Of a stretch of DNA of 42,242 nt, positions 34,493-42,058 are shown piece after piece. The notes under the pieces are model-generated. The model was not told the origin of the DNA and made no database searches. It saw only the letters and a program-made list of their open reading frames with translations. The position numbers and the translations under genes were made by a program. The DNA lies in the sequence record PX871047.1, one strand, 5' to 3'. Numbering within the stretch: the stretch's first letter is position 1; each line of letters begins with the position of its first letter. The DNA is from a phage.

Positions 34493-35125
34493 TTAACCAC
34501 GGCGACGACGTTCGCGGCGCGGTGCTTCATCTTCTTCGTCGTCTTCCAGGTCGTCGGTGCTCGCTACTACACTGGAGCCGCCGAAGCGTTTACCTTCGCC
34601 CATATACTTGATGCCGAGGATGGTAGCGCACAGGTTTTTCCAATCTTTGTGCCACCATAATTCTACAGATACGTTTGCGATACATCCGCTATATACCTGC
34701 TCGCCTTCTATTTCTTTCCCGTCGATGTTGAAATCAGGCTCGGTTTGTTTTTCACCTTTAGCCGATGTCATAATCACCGGTTGGCGGTTGTTTGTAGCGC
34801 GGAAATACAGACCTTCTTCAAAATCCTCAATCGGATTATCTCGCATTGCCAGGTCACGTACACAGCACTTGTCCGCGTGGTGGTCTACGCCGTAGTTGGC
34901 CTTCATCCATTTTTCAGCCGCAGCGGTCCCGATCGCCTCTGTTACAACTTCCAGTGCGGTGTCGTAAAGCGCGTCGATTTGAGGGTGGTCAGGCTGCATA
35001 AGAACCGTAACCTGGTATTTGCCTTTAATCAGTTTACCGGTTTTCTTGTCCTCAGAGTCGGCAGCACGTTCAAATACGTTAACCCATGCAGTGTTTACTC
35101 TACGCAGATTCAGTTTAATACCCAT
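34493..35125 (-). CDS. putative ssDNA-binding / recombination-associated protein
   Basis: Genomic context between PD-(D/E)XK nuclease and polymerase; acidic C-terminal tract; own consensus promoter. Confidence 0.4.
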   Translation of the reverse strand: MGIKLNLRRVNTAWVNVFERAADSEDKKTGKLIKGKYQVTVLMQPDHPQIDALYDTALEVVTEAIGTAAAEKWMKANYGVDHHADKCCVRDLAMRDNPIEDFEEGLYFRATNNRQPVIMTSAKGEKQTEPDFNIDGKEIEGEQVYSGCIANVSVELWWHKDWKNLCATILGIKYMGEGKRFGGSSVVASTDDLEDDEEDEAPRRERRRRG

Positions 35126-35183
35126 CGTGATTTCTCGCTTTTAAGTTTCGTTTACTCCGGGAACTGCCCGGCCAGTGATTAGA

Positions 35184-35212
35184 AATATAATAGCTAACTA
35201 TTCAGGTGTCAA
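35184..35212 (-). promoter_or_regulatory. promoter with embedded AATAG-N4-CTATT dyad (type B)
   Basis: Minus strand TTGACA - 17 nt - TATATT; dyad 35189-35202. Confidence 0.6.
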
Positions 35213-35445
35213 CCCTTCCAGCCAGTTATTTTCTCAACTATCAGTACGTATTCGAAAGGCCACTCCAAATTCTGTACCCATTTAATTTCCTTTGTCGAGT
35301 CCAGTTGCTCGGGGTCTACCGTTTCATACTTAATCGCAACGTAGACCGTGAGTGGGAGAAGGATAATTAGAAGCGGCACTAACATTGCCCAGTAACAAAC
35401 AAATGCCACAAACCCACCAAAAACCCTGAACGTTTTACGAATCAT
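35209..35445 (-). CDS. small membrane protein
   Basis: ATG 35445 overlapping nuclease stop (ATGA); GAGGAGGA RBS; two hydrophobic segments; track ORF begins 35475. Confidence 0.45.
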   Translation of the reverse strand: MIRKTFRVFGGFVAFVCYWAMLVPLLIILLPLTVYVAIKYETVDPEQLDSTKEIKWVQNLEWPFEYVLIVEKITGWKG

Positions 35446-36692
35446 TCCAAATCCTCCTCTGTTACCTGATTCCACTCAGGCCGTTTGTCGTCTGCCGTTG
35501 TGACACATGGCGCGCCTGGCTTACGGGTAATAAACGGCTCAAGCGCGGCCATCTCATCCGCCGAAAGAACTTTTGCTGCCTCCGTAGGGGACATCAATAC
35601 CTCTTTTTTGAGAATGTCGCCGTGTGACACTTCAATCGCATCGGCATCTTTCCACGCACGATTACCTGGGCGGCCTTCAACGAGTTTGTACCCCGGCACT
35701 TTCTTACCAGAATACAAAGCGGCGGCCATAGCTTTCTCAACCTTGTCGATGTGCTGGCGCAACAACGGCAACTTCTCATACTCAGCTACGAGTTGCTCAG
35801 GCGTAAGTTCCAGTGCAAAGTCGTCCTCCAGTTCTTCCGCCAGCACCGCGTTAACCGTCTTTGTACGCGCGGCGCACTGTTCAGAGAACCGGCACCACTG
35901 GCAACCATCGACCGACGGCTTGAAGTCCGACGCTTTAAGGTTCTTCTTGCCGCGGAAATAGGCATCAAGAGCTAACAGCGCGCGTTTGCGTGCGAACTTA
36001 GCGAACAGTTCCAGACCTTCAACCGAGATGTCCCACTCCGACGCACCCCCAGCGTACGGCTGGAAGATGACCAGACGAACAACTGTGATGTTATATCGTC
36101 TCTTGAGGCGGCGATAAACACCGAGAGCGTATAGCATAAGCTGTTTGTTTTCTTTCGCTTCGACACGATGCCGTCCGGTTTTCAGGTCACCAATAATGAG
36201 CATGTGCGCGTCGGTGTTCGCCAGTTCCTGAACAGCAACAAGGTCGGCGGTTCCGAACGTCTCAACGCCTTCATACCCAGGATGCAACACCTCAGTGAGA
36301 TTTACGCGCATTTCTAGCTTGGCGTAAGTCGCTACATCGATAATCGCTTTGCAGTAGTCGGTGTGCTTGCGCACCTGCTCAATCATGTCGGCCGTAATCA
36401 GTACCGCGCCTTTCATAGGGCTGATTAGAGCCTTAATCTGGCCTTTACCCTCGTCCAGCACGTAAGCACCTACTTCACGCTCTAACGGCAACGCAGTGCC
36501 TTTGATGTACTGGTTTAGATGGACCTCTGCTATAGTGTGGCACGCGGTTCCCGTAACGGCGGATTTACCAGATGTATTAGGAATATCTTTTTCACAGGCC
36601 AGTGATGCGGCACAACTCAGCCACTTTTTAGCCCCAGACGGCGACAGCAGGGCGTGCACATCGTTATTGCCGCCGCGTTCCTTTAAAATCAT
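35442..36692 (-). CDS. PD-(D/E)XK nuclease, Cas4/RecB-like with Cys cluster
   Basis: GDLKTG and QLMLYAL motifs; N-terminal Cys plus C-terminal CQWCRFSEQC; ATG 36692 coupled to upstream gene (track ORF begins 36752). Confidence 0.65.
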   Translation of the reverse strand: MILKERGGNNDVHALLSPSGAKKWLSCAASLACEKDIPNTSGKSAVTGTACHTIAEVHLNQYIKGTALPLEREVGAYVLDEGKGQIKALISPMKGAVLITADMIEQVRKHTDYCKAIIDVATYAKLEMRVNLTEVLHPGYEGVETFGTADLVAVQELANTDAHMLIIGDLKTGRHRVEAKENKQLMLYALGVYRRLKRRYNITVVRLVIFQPYAGGASEWDISVEGLELFAKFARKRALLALDAYFRGKKNLKASDFKPSVDGCQWCRFSEQCAARTKTVNAVLAEELEDDFALELTPEQLVAEYEKLPLLRQHIDKVEKAMAAALYSGKKVPGYKLVEGRPGNRAWKDADAIEVSHGDILKKEVLMSPTEAAKVLSADEMAALEPFITRKPGAPCVTTADDKRPEWNQVTEEDLE

Positions 36693-36961
36693 GCTCTGTT
36701 CTCCCACTGGTCGATTAAATGTCGTGTCTTGTGGCCGCAATGTAAGGCCCATCCATACATCGACTCGAAGACATAAAAGTCAGGTTTGGCGAATGTCGTG
36801 CGCTTAATCTGCGACACGTGACGGCCTATATCTTCAGGGCGCGGTACTTTGCCTAAGTACGCCATCTCTTCCATCTGGTGTGCACCGGACGGCGCACGCA
36901 ACAGCCATAGCGCCTCTGTGTTATCCCGCCTGTCCACGGCGCGGTAGAGTTGGTAAATCAT
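36689..36961 (-). CDS. hypothetical protein
   Basis: Track ORF. Confidence 0.45.
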   Translation of the reverse strand: MIYQLYRAVDRRDNTEALWLLRAPSGAHQMEEMAYLGKVPRPEDIGRHVSQIKRTTFAKPDFYVFESMYGWALHCGHKTRHLIDQWENRA

Positions 36962-37200
36962 TCGGCGTCCCTCGCTTCCAGCATTGCATCAGCCATGATG
37001 TACGCCTTTTGCGCTACTTGCGCGGTGTTCCCTGCAGCTACAGGGTGAACTGCATCCGCTGGGTAACTAGCAAGCCACCCTTGAAGGGCTTTAGCCGCGA
37101 AATAATCGCGTAATGTCATGCCATCTTCCGTAGTCCAATCTGAGTTGAAGCCCACGTTACCCAACATAGGGAAAGCCTGTCCGCCTGTATTTTTACGCAT
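36958..37200 (-). CDS. hypothetical protein
   Basis: Track ORF. Confidence 0.45.
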   Translation of the reverse strand: MRKNTGGQAFPMLGNVGFNSDWTTEDGMTLRDYFAAKALQGWLASYPADAVHPVAAGNTAQVAQKAYIMADAMLEARDAE

Positions 37201-37220
37201 AATTCCGACCCTCAGTTAAA

Positions 37221-37236
37221 GCGGCCCGAAGGCCGC
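37221..37236 (-). terminator. stem-loop, probable terminator/attenuator after acidic protein gene
   Basis: GCGGCC / GGCCGC stem with CGAA loop; followed on minus strand by TTTAACTG. Confidence 0.4.
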
Positions 37237-37243
37237 GGGATAG

Positions 37244-37708
37244 TTATTCTTCTTCGAAATACTTGTTCTTGATTGCCGTCAGGCGTTCCAGGTATTCGGC
37301 CAGGTCTTCGTCTTTAATCGCGGCAATCTTCATCTTCTTACCGGTGAACTCTTCCAGCAGTTCGTCAGAATCATCACACGCGGCGTCGCTAGGGCCTTCG
37401 TTGATCGCATCGTCGATAGCCTGAATCTGGTCGCGCAGAGACTGGTAATCGACTTCTTCTTTCTCTTCTTCCGGCTCTGGCGTTGGTTCCTCTACTTTAG
37501 CTTTACGCGGCTTGCGTTTCGGCTTCTCTTCTTCTTCTGCCGGTTTAGTGTCAACGATGTCTTCACCTTCGACCGGGATTTCTTTTGTTGCAACAGTAGG
37601 CGTGATTGTTGCAGTTTCAGCAACGACAACTTGTTTCGCACTGTTCGCGGCAATCAGTTCATGCGCAACTACGAAACGTTCCAGTAATACTAAGAATTTC
37701 TCTAACAT
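37244..37708 (-). CDS. highly acidic early protein
   Basis: Glu/Asp-rich 154-aa ORF; GAGAGGAG RBS; flanked by consensus promoter and hairpin. Confidence 0.55.
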   Translation of the reverse strand: MLEKFLVLLERFVVAHELIAANSAKQVVVAETATITPTVATKEIPVEGEDIVDTKPAEEEEKPKRKPRKAKVEEPTPEPEEEKEEVDYQSLRDQIQAIDDAINEGPSDAACDDSDELLEEFTGKKMKIAAIKDEDLAEYLERLTAIKNKYFEEE

Positions 37709-37739
37709 TATTTATTCTCCTCTCGTTTGGTATGTGCCA

Positions 37740-37768
37740 ACTATAATAGCGAACTATTCACTTGTCAA
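37740..37768 (-). promoter_or_regulatory. promoter with embedded AATAG-N4-CTATT dyad (type B)
   Basis: Minus strand TTGACA - 17 nt - TATAGT; dyad 37745-37758. Confidence 0.65.
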
Positions 37769-37832
37769 TGGGCTTTTCTAAAATAATTAATATGGTACTA
37801 TTCACATATCAACTAACTAAGGAGTAATTGAC

Positions 37833-38048
37833 ATGCAACCATCTGAACTAGGCATCCGTGTAGAACAGCGCCGTAAAGAACTCGGTATCTCTCAGCGCCG
37901 TCTGGCGGTCCTGACCGGGGTTTCCCAGGGCGCAATTAACCAGCTTGCGCTCGGTGTAACTCAGGACGTCCGCCCGGCGACGCTGTTTAAACTGGCGGAA
38001 GTGCTGCAAGTAGACGCCAAGTGGCTGGCGTTCGGTGAAGGGGCTTAA
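37833..38048 (+). CDS. Cro/XRE-like helix-turn-helix transcriptional regulator
   Basis: LGISQRRLAVLTGVSQGAINQL HTH pattern; AAGGAG RBS; only plus-strand gene in the replication block. Confidence 0.65.
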   Translation: MQPSELGIRVEQRRKELGISQRRLAVLTGVSQGAINQLALGVTQDVRPATLFKLAEVLQVDAKWLAFGEGA

Positions 38049-38064
38049 CGCCCCTTTCTTTTTA
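38038..38064. terminator. bidirectional intrinsic terminator
   Basis: AAGGGGC / GCCCCTT stem followed by TCTTTTT. Confidence 0.6.
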
Positions 38065-38065
38065 C

Positions 38066-40333
38066 CTATTCCAAATCCTCCTCTGTCACTATCAGCATTT
38101 CATTCGGCTCGTATATTGTCTTCGGAATCTTGTTATCCGTTATCCTGGTATTAAGCCTGTAACGACCAGGGATTATCTGATTGTTTTCGTCAGTACCCGG
38201 AACAAGATACCCGGCCTCGACCATTTTCTTAATCTTCCCTCGCTCTATGGCTTCTTTGGAGTTAAACGCCTTCGCATTGGGGTCGGACTGTGCGAGCTTA
38301 TTTGCGGCGGCTACCGTGATACCTTCGTTGCCGTTGTAGGTTCCTTCCGCCAGTTCAAACGCGGCCAGTATCGTGGCCTCGGAACTGTTGACGGCGTTCT
38401 CTACGGTTTTACGTACGTTTTCTTTACCTTCCTTTGTTAGCCCTTCTTCGCGCTCTTTTTCCTCGTCGGTTTTGAACGGTTCGAAACCCCACGGCATCAG
38501 CACAAGCGCCTTGTGTGGTTCAGGCAGGTCGAGGTTTACTATTGTGCCGTATTCCTCTGTGCTACCGAGGAACTCAACAGCGCGGTACTCTTTCGGCGGC
38601 GGCGCTTCACGGAACTGTACCGACTCAAGCACCATACCAACCGTCTTCTGTTGAGGCCCGTGCTTAAATTTCGAGTGGTATACGTTTATCTGGCGGTCGG
38701 TCGCGCGTTCAATTGTCAGTTCCACGTCGACGCCAGCATACAGCGCCCCACTACCACGGGCTTTCTTTCCACCCTTCGGCGTATGGTGAACAACGCCTAC
38801 CGCGGCTTTAGTCGCGTCACGCACTTCTTTCAGGATGGCGATAACTTTACCCATGCCGATTGCCGTTGATGAGCTGTTCTCGTCGAACTTATCAATAGTC
38901 AGTGCCAGGGTCTGGTTGAGGGTGTCAAACGCGACCATGCCAATTGGCTCGTCGCCAGCAGTTTCGCGCATTAACTTAATCAGGCTCTTCAGTTTGCCGA
39001 CTTCGCCCATATCGATGACATGTACGTAATCTTTACCCTCTGCGCCGTATTTAGCAGCGAGCGCGTCAATACGTGTACGTGTGGCCGCGCCGCCCTCACC
39101 GTCGATATAGAAGTGGTGGCAACGCTGCGTATCAGCTCCCGCAAACCGGTATCCTGCGGCGCTAAGGTACATCATCCCCAGTGTATAAAACGATTTGTAC
39201 GTGCCAGATTCCCCGACGATATCCCAGATACAATCTGATGGCATGTACCCTTCAACGACGAAATCAGCCTTTACCGGTTCCGGTAACTCATCCTCCTCTG
39301 AGTCCTCGTCGTCTTCCAGGTCGTCGAGGCTGCATGAAACTGATTCACGCGCGCCCCAGCCAATTGCCTCAGCGACTTCACTGAACGGCAGCCCAGTCGC
39401 ATCGCACGCATACTTCCACACCTCTTTCGGTGACATGCCTTCGGTTGCCGTAATGTCGGTGTCGTGAATCATGGTTACGTTAGGCGCTTCATATCCTTCG
39501 CGTGGGAAGCACAGCAGGAAGTCGTCCGGGCGCGGGGTAGGGTCACTGTAGTTTTCGGCGTGTTCTGGTGTGGCTGGCATTTTCAGGCCGCGGGGCGTCA
39601 GGACTCCGCCGTACTCGAACGCCAGTGCTTCGAACGCATCAGTAAACGCTGTGCGCAGTTCTTCCGGTATCTGGTAGTCAGATGCGCTGCTCACCTCGTA
39701 ATCCGGGGTGCCTTCCAGTAACTCGTCCGGGTCAATCAGGTCGTTGCGGCGCGACCAGATAACGGTAGCGCCGACAGGAGGCAGGTACATCGGCTGGGAC
39801 AGGGTAAAACCGCTGCGGTCGGCGCCCATGCCCTTGAAGAAGTGCTCCAGCAGACCGTGGCGGACGCGGATGATATCACCGCCTTCTACCGGGCGCGCCA
39901 GCGGCATGACGACACGGAAACGCGGCGATTCGTCAGTGTGCGATGCCGTAGTGTACAGGCACAACGCTACACGACTGCGCTTAACCAGACGCACAGCCTC
40001 CTGATACTCTTCCGGTGTTGCGCTGTCGAAGTCCAGATACGCCAGCGACGATTCGCTTACAGACGCGTCACAACGGTAGAAGAAGCCTTTACGCGCTTGC
40101 TTAAAGTCACCGGTTTCCGGGTCTTTTACGGTGCTGTGCGTTGAGTCGCACGCGGCGGTAATGTAGCCCGGCGCGGTCTTTGGGTTAATCCCGTCACGAA
40201 CAGCATCTAGCGGCTGGATTAACTCTTTCAGGTCGTCCAGTGTTGCCGTGTGCGTGGTTCTGACGTTTATATCCTTTTTCTCCGCCCGCGCGTTGCGACG
40301 AGACCATGAATAGGATAAAATTACATCGGACAT
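38066..40333 (-). CDS. primase-helicase (AEP-type primase/polymerase domain fused to RecA-like helicase domain)
   Basis: N-terminal LDFD-containing primase-polymerase-like region; C-terminal Walker A GESGTYKS and RecA-like core. Confidence 0.6.
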   Translation of the reverse strand: MSDVILSYSWSRRNARAEKKDINVRTTHTATLDDLKELIQPLDAVRDGINPKTAPGYITAACDSTHSTVKDPETGDFKQARKGFFYRCDASVSESSLAYLDFDSATPEEYQEAVRLVKRSRVALCLYTTASHTDESPRFRVVMPLARPVEGGDIIRVRHGLLEHFFKGMGADRSGFTLSQPMYLPPVGATVIWSRRNDLIDPDELLEGTPDYEVSSASDYQIPEELRTAFTDAFEALAFEYGGVLTPRGLKMPATPEHAENYSDPTPRPDDFLLCFPREGYEAPNVTMIHDTDITATEGMSPKEVWKYACDATGLPFSEVAEAIGWGARESVSCSLDDLEDDEDSEEDELPEPVKADFVVEGYMPSDCIWDIVGESGTYKSFYTLGMMYLSAAGYRFAGADTQRCHHFYIDGEGGAATRTRIDALAAKYGAEGKDYVHVIDMGEVGKLKSLIKLMRETAGDEPIGMVAFDTLNQTLALTIDKFDENSSSTAIGMGKVIAILKEVRDATKAAVGVVHHTPKGGKKARGSGALYAGVDVELTIERATDRQINVYHSKFKHGPQQKTVGMVLESVQFREAPPPKEYRAVEFLGSTEEYGTIVNLDLPEPHKALVLMPWGFEPFKTDEEKEREEGLTKEGKENVRKTVENAVNSSEATILAAFELAEGTYNGNEGITVAAANKLAQSDPNAKAFNSKEAIERGKIKKMVEAGYLVPGTDENNQIIPGRYRLNTRITDNKIPKTIYEPNEMLIVTEEDLE

Positions 40334-40391
40334 GTGTATATTCCTTCAGCAAGTAATTTAGCCTCGGCGTTCACCGCGTCGGGGCTTTCTT

Positions 40392-40682
40392 TTAACGTTT
40401 AGCCAGACATTCCATTAAATGTGAATATTTTCTGTAATAGCAAGGAACTAAATCACACCCAAAATAATGATAAACATAAGCCAAGTGGTCAGTAACATCT
40501 ATAGCGGCTGACATTGTGCTAAGACGGCGAAGGCTAATCAACTGTAATTCTTCCGTAATGCAAAATGGTTCATACGTATCAAGTTTGCAAGAAACGTTAA
40601 AACACAGAGCATAGCCGTCTTGTGCGGAGTAGACCAGAAATGCGCTGTCGTTCTCTTTATCGTGAAAAATTACACCTTTCAT
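40392..40682 (-). CDS. hypothetical protein
   Basis: Track ORF; AAGGAGA RBS; AT-rich. Confidence 0.45.
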   Translation of the reverse strand: MKGVIFHDKENDSAFLVYSAQDGYALCFNVSCKLDTYEPFCITEELQLISLRRLSTMSAAIDVTDHLAYVYHYFGCDLVPCYYRKYSHLMECLAKR

Positions 40683-40849
40683 TTCACATTCTCCTTAACC
40701 CACGCTTCTACTTTATTTCGGTCAAACGTACCCGGCATACGGCGGCCCATTACTTTAACGCTGCAATCAGGAAACTTCCCGCTTTTAATCCAGTTATTTA
40801 TTGTCTGACGAGTAACTCCGATTAATTCTGCAACCTCGTTTATAGTCAT
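40679..40849 (-). CDS. AlpA/excisionase-family HTH regulator (putative)
   Basis: MTINEVAELIGVTRQTINNWIKSGKFP; AGGAGA RBS; ATG 40849 (track ORF begins 40939). Confidence 0.55.
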   Translation of the reverse strand: MTINEVAELIGVTRQTINNWIKSGKFPDCSVKVMGRRMPGTFDRNKVEAWVKENVK

Positions 40850-40878
40850 TTCACGATCTCCTGTGTAAGATGTAGTGA

Positions 40879-40907
40879 AGTATAAAGCGGTAACTTTGTA
40901 AAAGCAA
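40879..40907 (-). promoter_or_regulatory. promoter of replication operon
   Basis: Minus strand TTGCTT - 17 nt - TATACT. Confidence 0.5.
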
Positions 40908-40954
40908 CCAAAACAACACACAAAGCCACTAAGATACAAAAGATGCTACTGGGA

Positions 40955-40983
40955 TTGACTTTTACTTAAAAATGTGCTAAGCT
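40955..40983 (+). promoter_or_regulatory. promoter of ORF-less element, copy 2
   Basis: TTGACT - 17 nt - TAAGCT with TGn; paralog of 9704-9732. Confidence 0.45.
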
Positions 40984-40989
40984 TCACTG

Positions 40990-41234
40990 AGCTTGTGAGA
41001 TATCGCAAGCGACCGCGGAGCGGCAGGGAACGCAACGCGTGCCATTAGGCACTTGAGTGTAGTTCCGCTGGCGCTTTCGGAAGGGCCAAAGTCTATTGTT
41101 AATCCCGCCTAAATACCCAAGTCACTGATAATTAAAGTTTCTATAGTTGCCGTAAGCGAGGTAGAGAGTACTTCACTCCGCTGTGGTGGGCTAACGCCCA
41201 CCCACTGCGTTGCGTACTCTTTTAAGAAACGAAA
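40990..41234 (+). ncRNA. candidate ORF-less structured transcript (putative sRNA), copy 2
   Basis: No ATG-initiated ORF; 5' hairpin GCTTGT/GCAAGC (40991-41010); conserved block 41064-41097; nested terminal hairpins AGAGTAC...GGTGGGC/GCCCACC...GTACTCT then TTT. Confidence 0.35.
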
Positions 41235-41272
41235 GAATCACAACGGCAACGTAACTATTCTCTTGCACACCC

Positions 41273-41301
41273 CAACATAATAGGATACTATTCACTTATC
41301 G
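41273..41301 (+). promoter_or_regulatory. early promoter with embedded AATAG-N4-CTATT dyad (type A)
   Basis: TTGCAC - 17 nt - TACTAT; dyad 41289-41302. Confidence 0.6.
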
Positions 41302-41325
41302 AAACGAGACAGAGGAGTGAGGGTT

Positions 41326-41517
41326 ATGTTTAAAAAGGGTCAGTTGGTTAAAAGTGCCGACGGTAAACACGGCATAATTGAATTAAAATCATCTTTATTT
41401 CCCGGGCAGTACGTAGTGACTGTGCAAAAGGTGAGAGGTGTAAATTCGAAAACATACGTAGCAGAGAGGAACTTAGAACTCATCGGCAACAATTTTAAAT
41501 TCAAAGGGGCGAAGTGA
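41326..41517 (+). CDS. hypothetical early protein
   Basis: ATG after AGAGGAG (track ORF begins GTG 41317). Confidence 0.5.
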   Translation: MFKKGQLVKSADGKHGIIELKSSLFPGQYVVTVQKVRGVNSKTYVAERNLELIGNNFKFKGAK

Positions 41518-41717
41518 TGGAAGAATTATTTGAAGAACTGAAACATCATAAACTGGAGAAAGTACATTTCCAGGTAAACAGGTACGAGGTTGTTATTTTA
41601 GATGGAAAAACAATTATCACAGATTCTGCCAGGAGAATGCTTCATATTCTACGCTTCATACGAACGGCATCGAATCATGATGCTCGTGCCTACGACTCTG
41701 AGGGAGGTTGCCGTTAA
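41514..41717 (+). CDS. hypothetical early protein
   Basis: Track ORF, ATGA-coupled. Confidence 0.5.
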   Translation: MMEELFEELKHHKLEKVHFQVNRYEVVILDGKTIITDSARRMLHILRFIRTASNHDARAYDSEGGCR

Positions 41718-41908
41718 TGAGAATTCGTATAACTGATGTTGATTATGTTCCGCCGCCGGATTATGGCGACCCTTCGTTACGTGACTTCGGTATCTCAGTC
41801 GGAGATGAGTTCGAGGTCACATTCAGTAATGTTTATGGTCACCTAGTTGAACACCGTGGCGAGGAACTGTTAATACGCGACCGTGAATGCGAAGTTCTGG
41901 AGGACTAA
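41717..41908 (+). CDS. hypothetical early protein
   Basis: ATG 41717 after GAGGGAGG (track ORF begins 41708). Confidence 0.5.
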   Translation: MRIRITDVDYVPPPDYGDPSLRDFGISVGDEFEVTFSNVYGHLVEHRGEELLIRDRECEVLED

Positions 41909-41911
41909 GTT

Positions 41912-42055
41912 ATGAGAGAAGCATTCGAACGGTGGGCGGTAGTCGAGGGTCTGCCGGTTAACAAGGGTTCAAAGAAAGAGTACCTGAATGTTAAGACGCG
42001 TCTCGCGTGGCGGGCGTGGAAAGCTGGTGTTTTGTTTATCGCGAATCAGAGGTGA
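41912..42055 (+). CDS. hypothetical small protein (47 aa)
   Basis: ATG after GGAGGA; below track cut-off. Confidence 0.35.
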   Translation: MREAFERWAVVEGLPVNKGSKKEYLNVKTRLAWRAWKAGVLFIANQR

Positions 42056-42058
42056 GAT

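Noticed and set aside
7867-41305. Repeated 33-bp motif as a possible CRISPR array or transposon terminal repeat
   Set aside because: Copies are kilobases apart, in both orientations, always intergenic, and each reads as a sigma70-type promoter; no regular repeat-spacer structure and no transposase.
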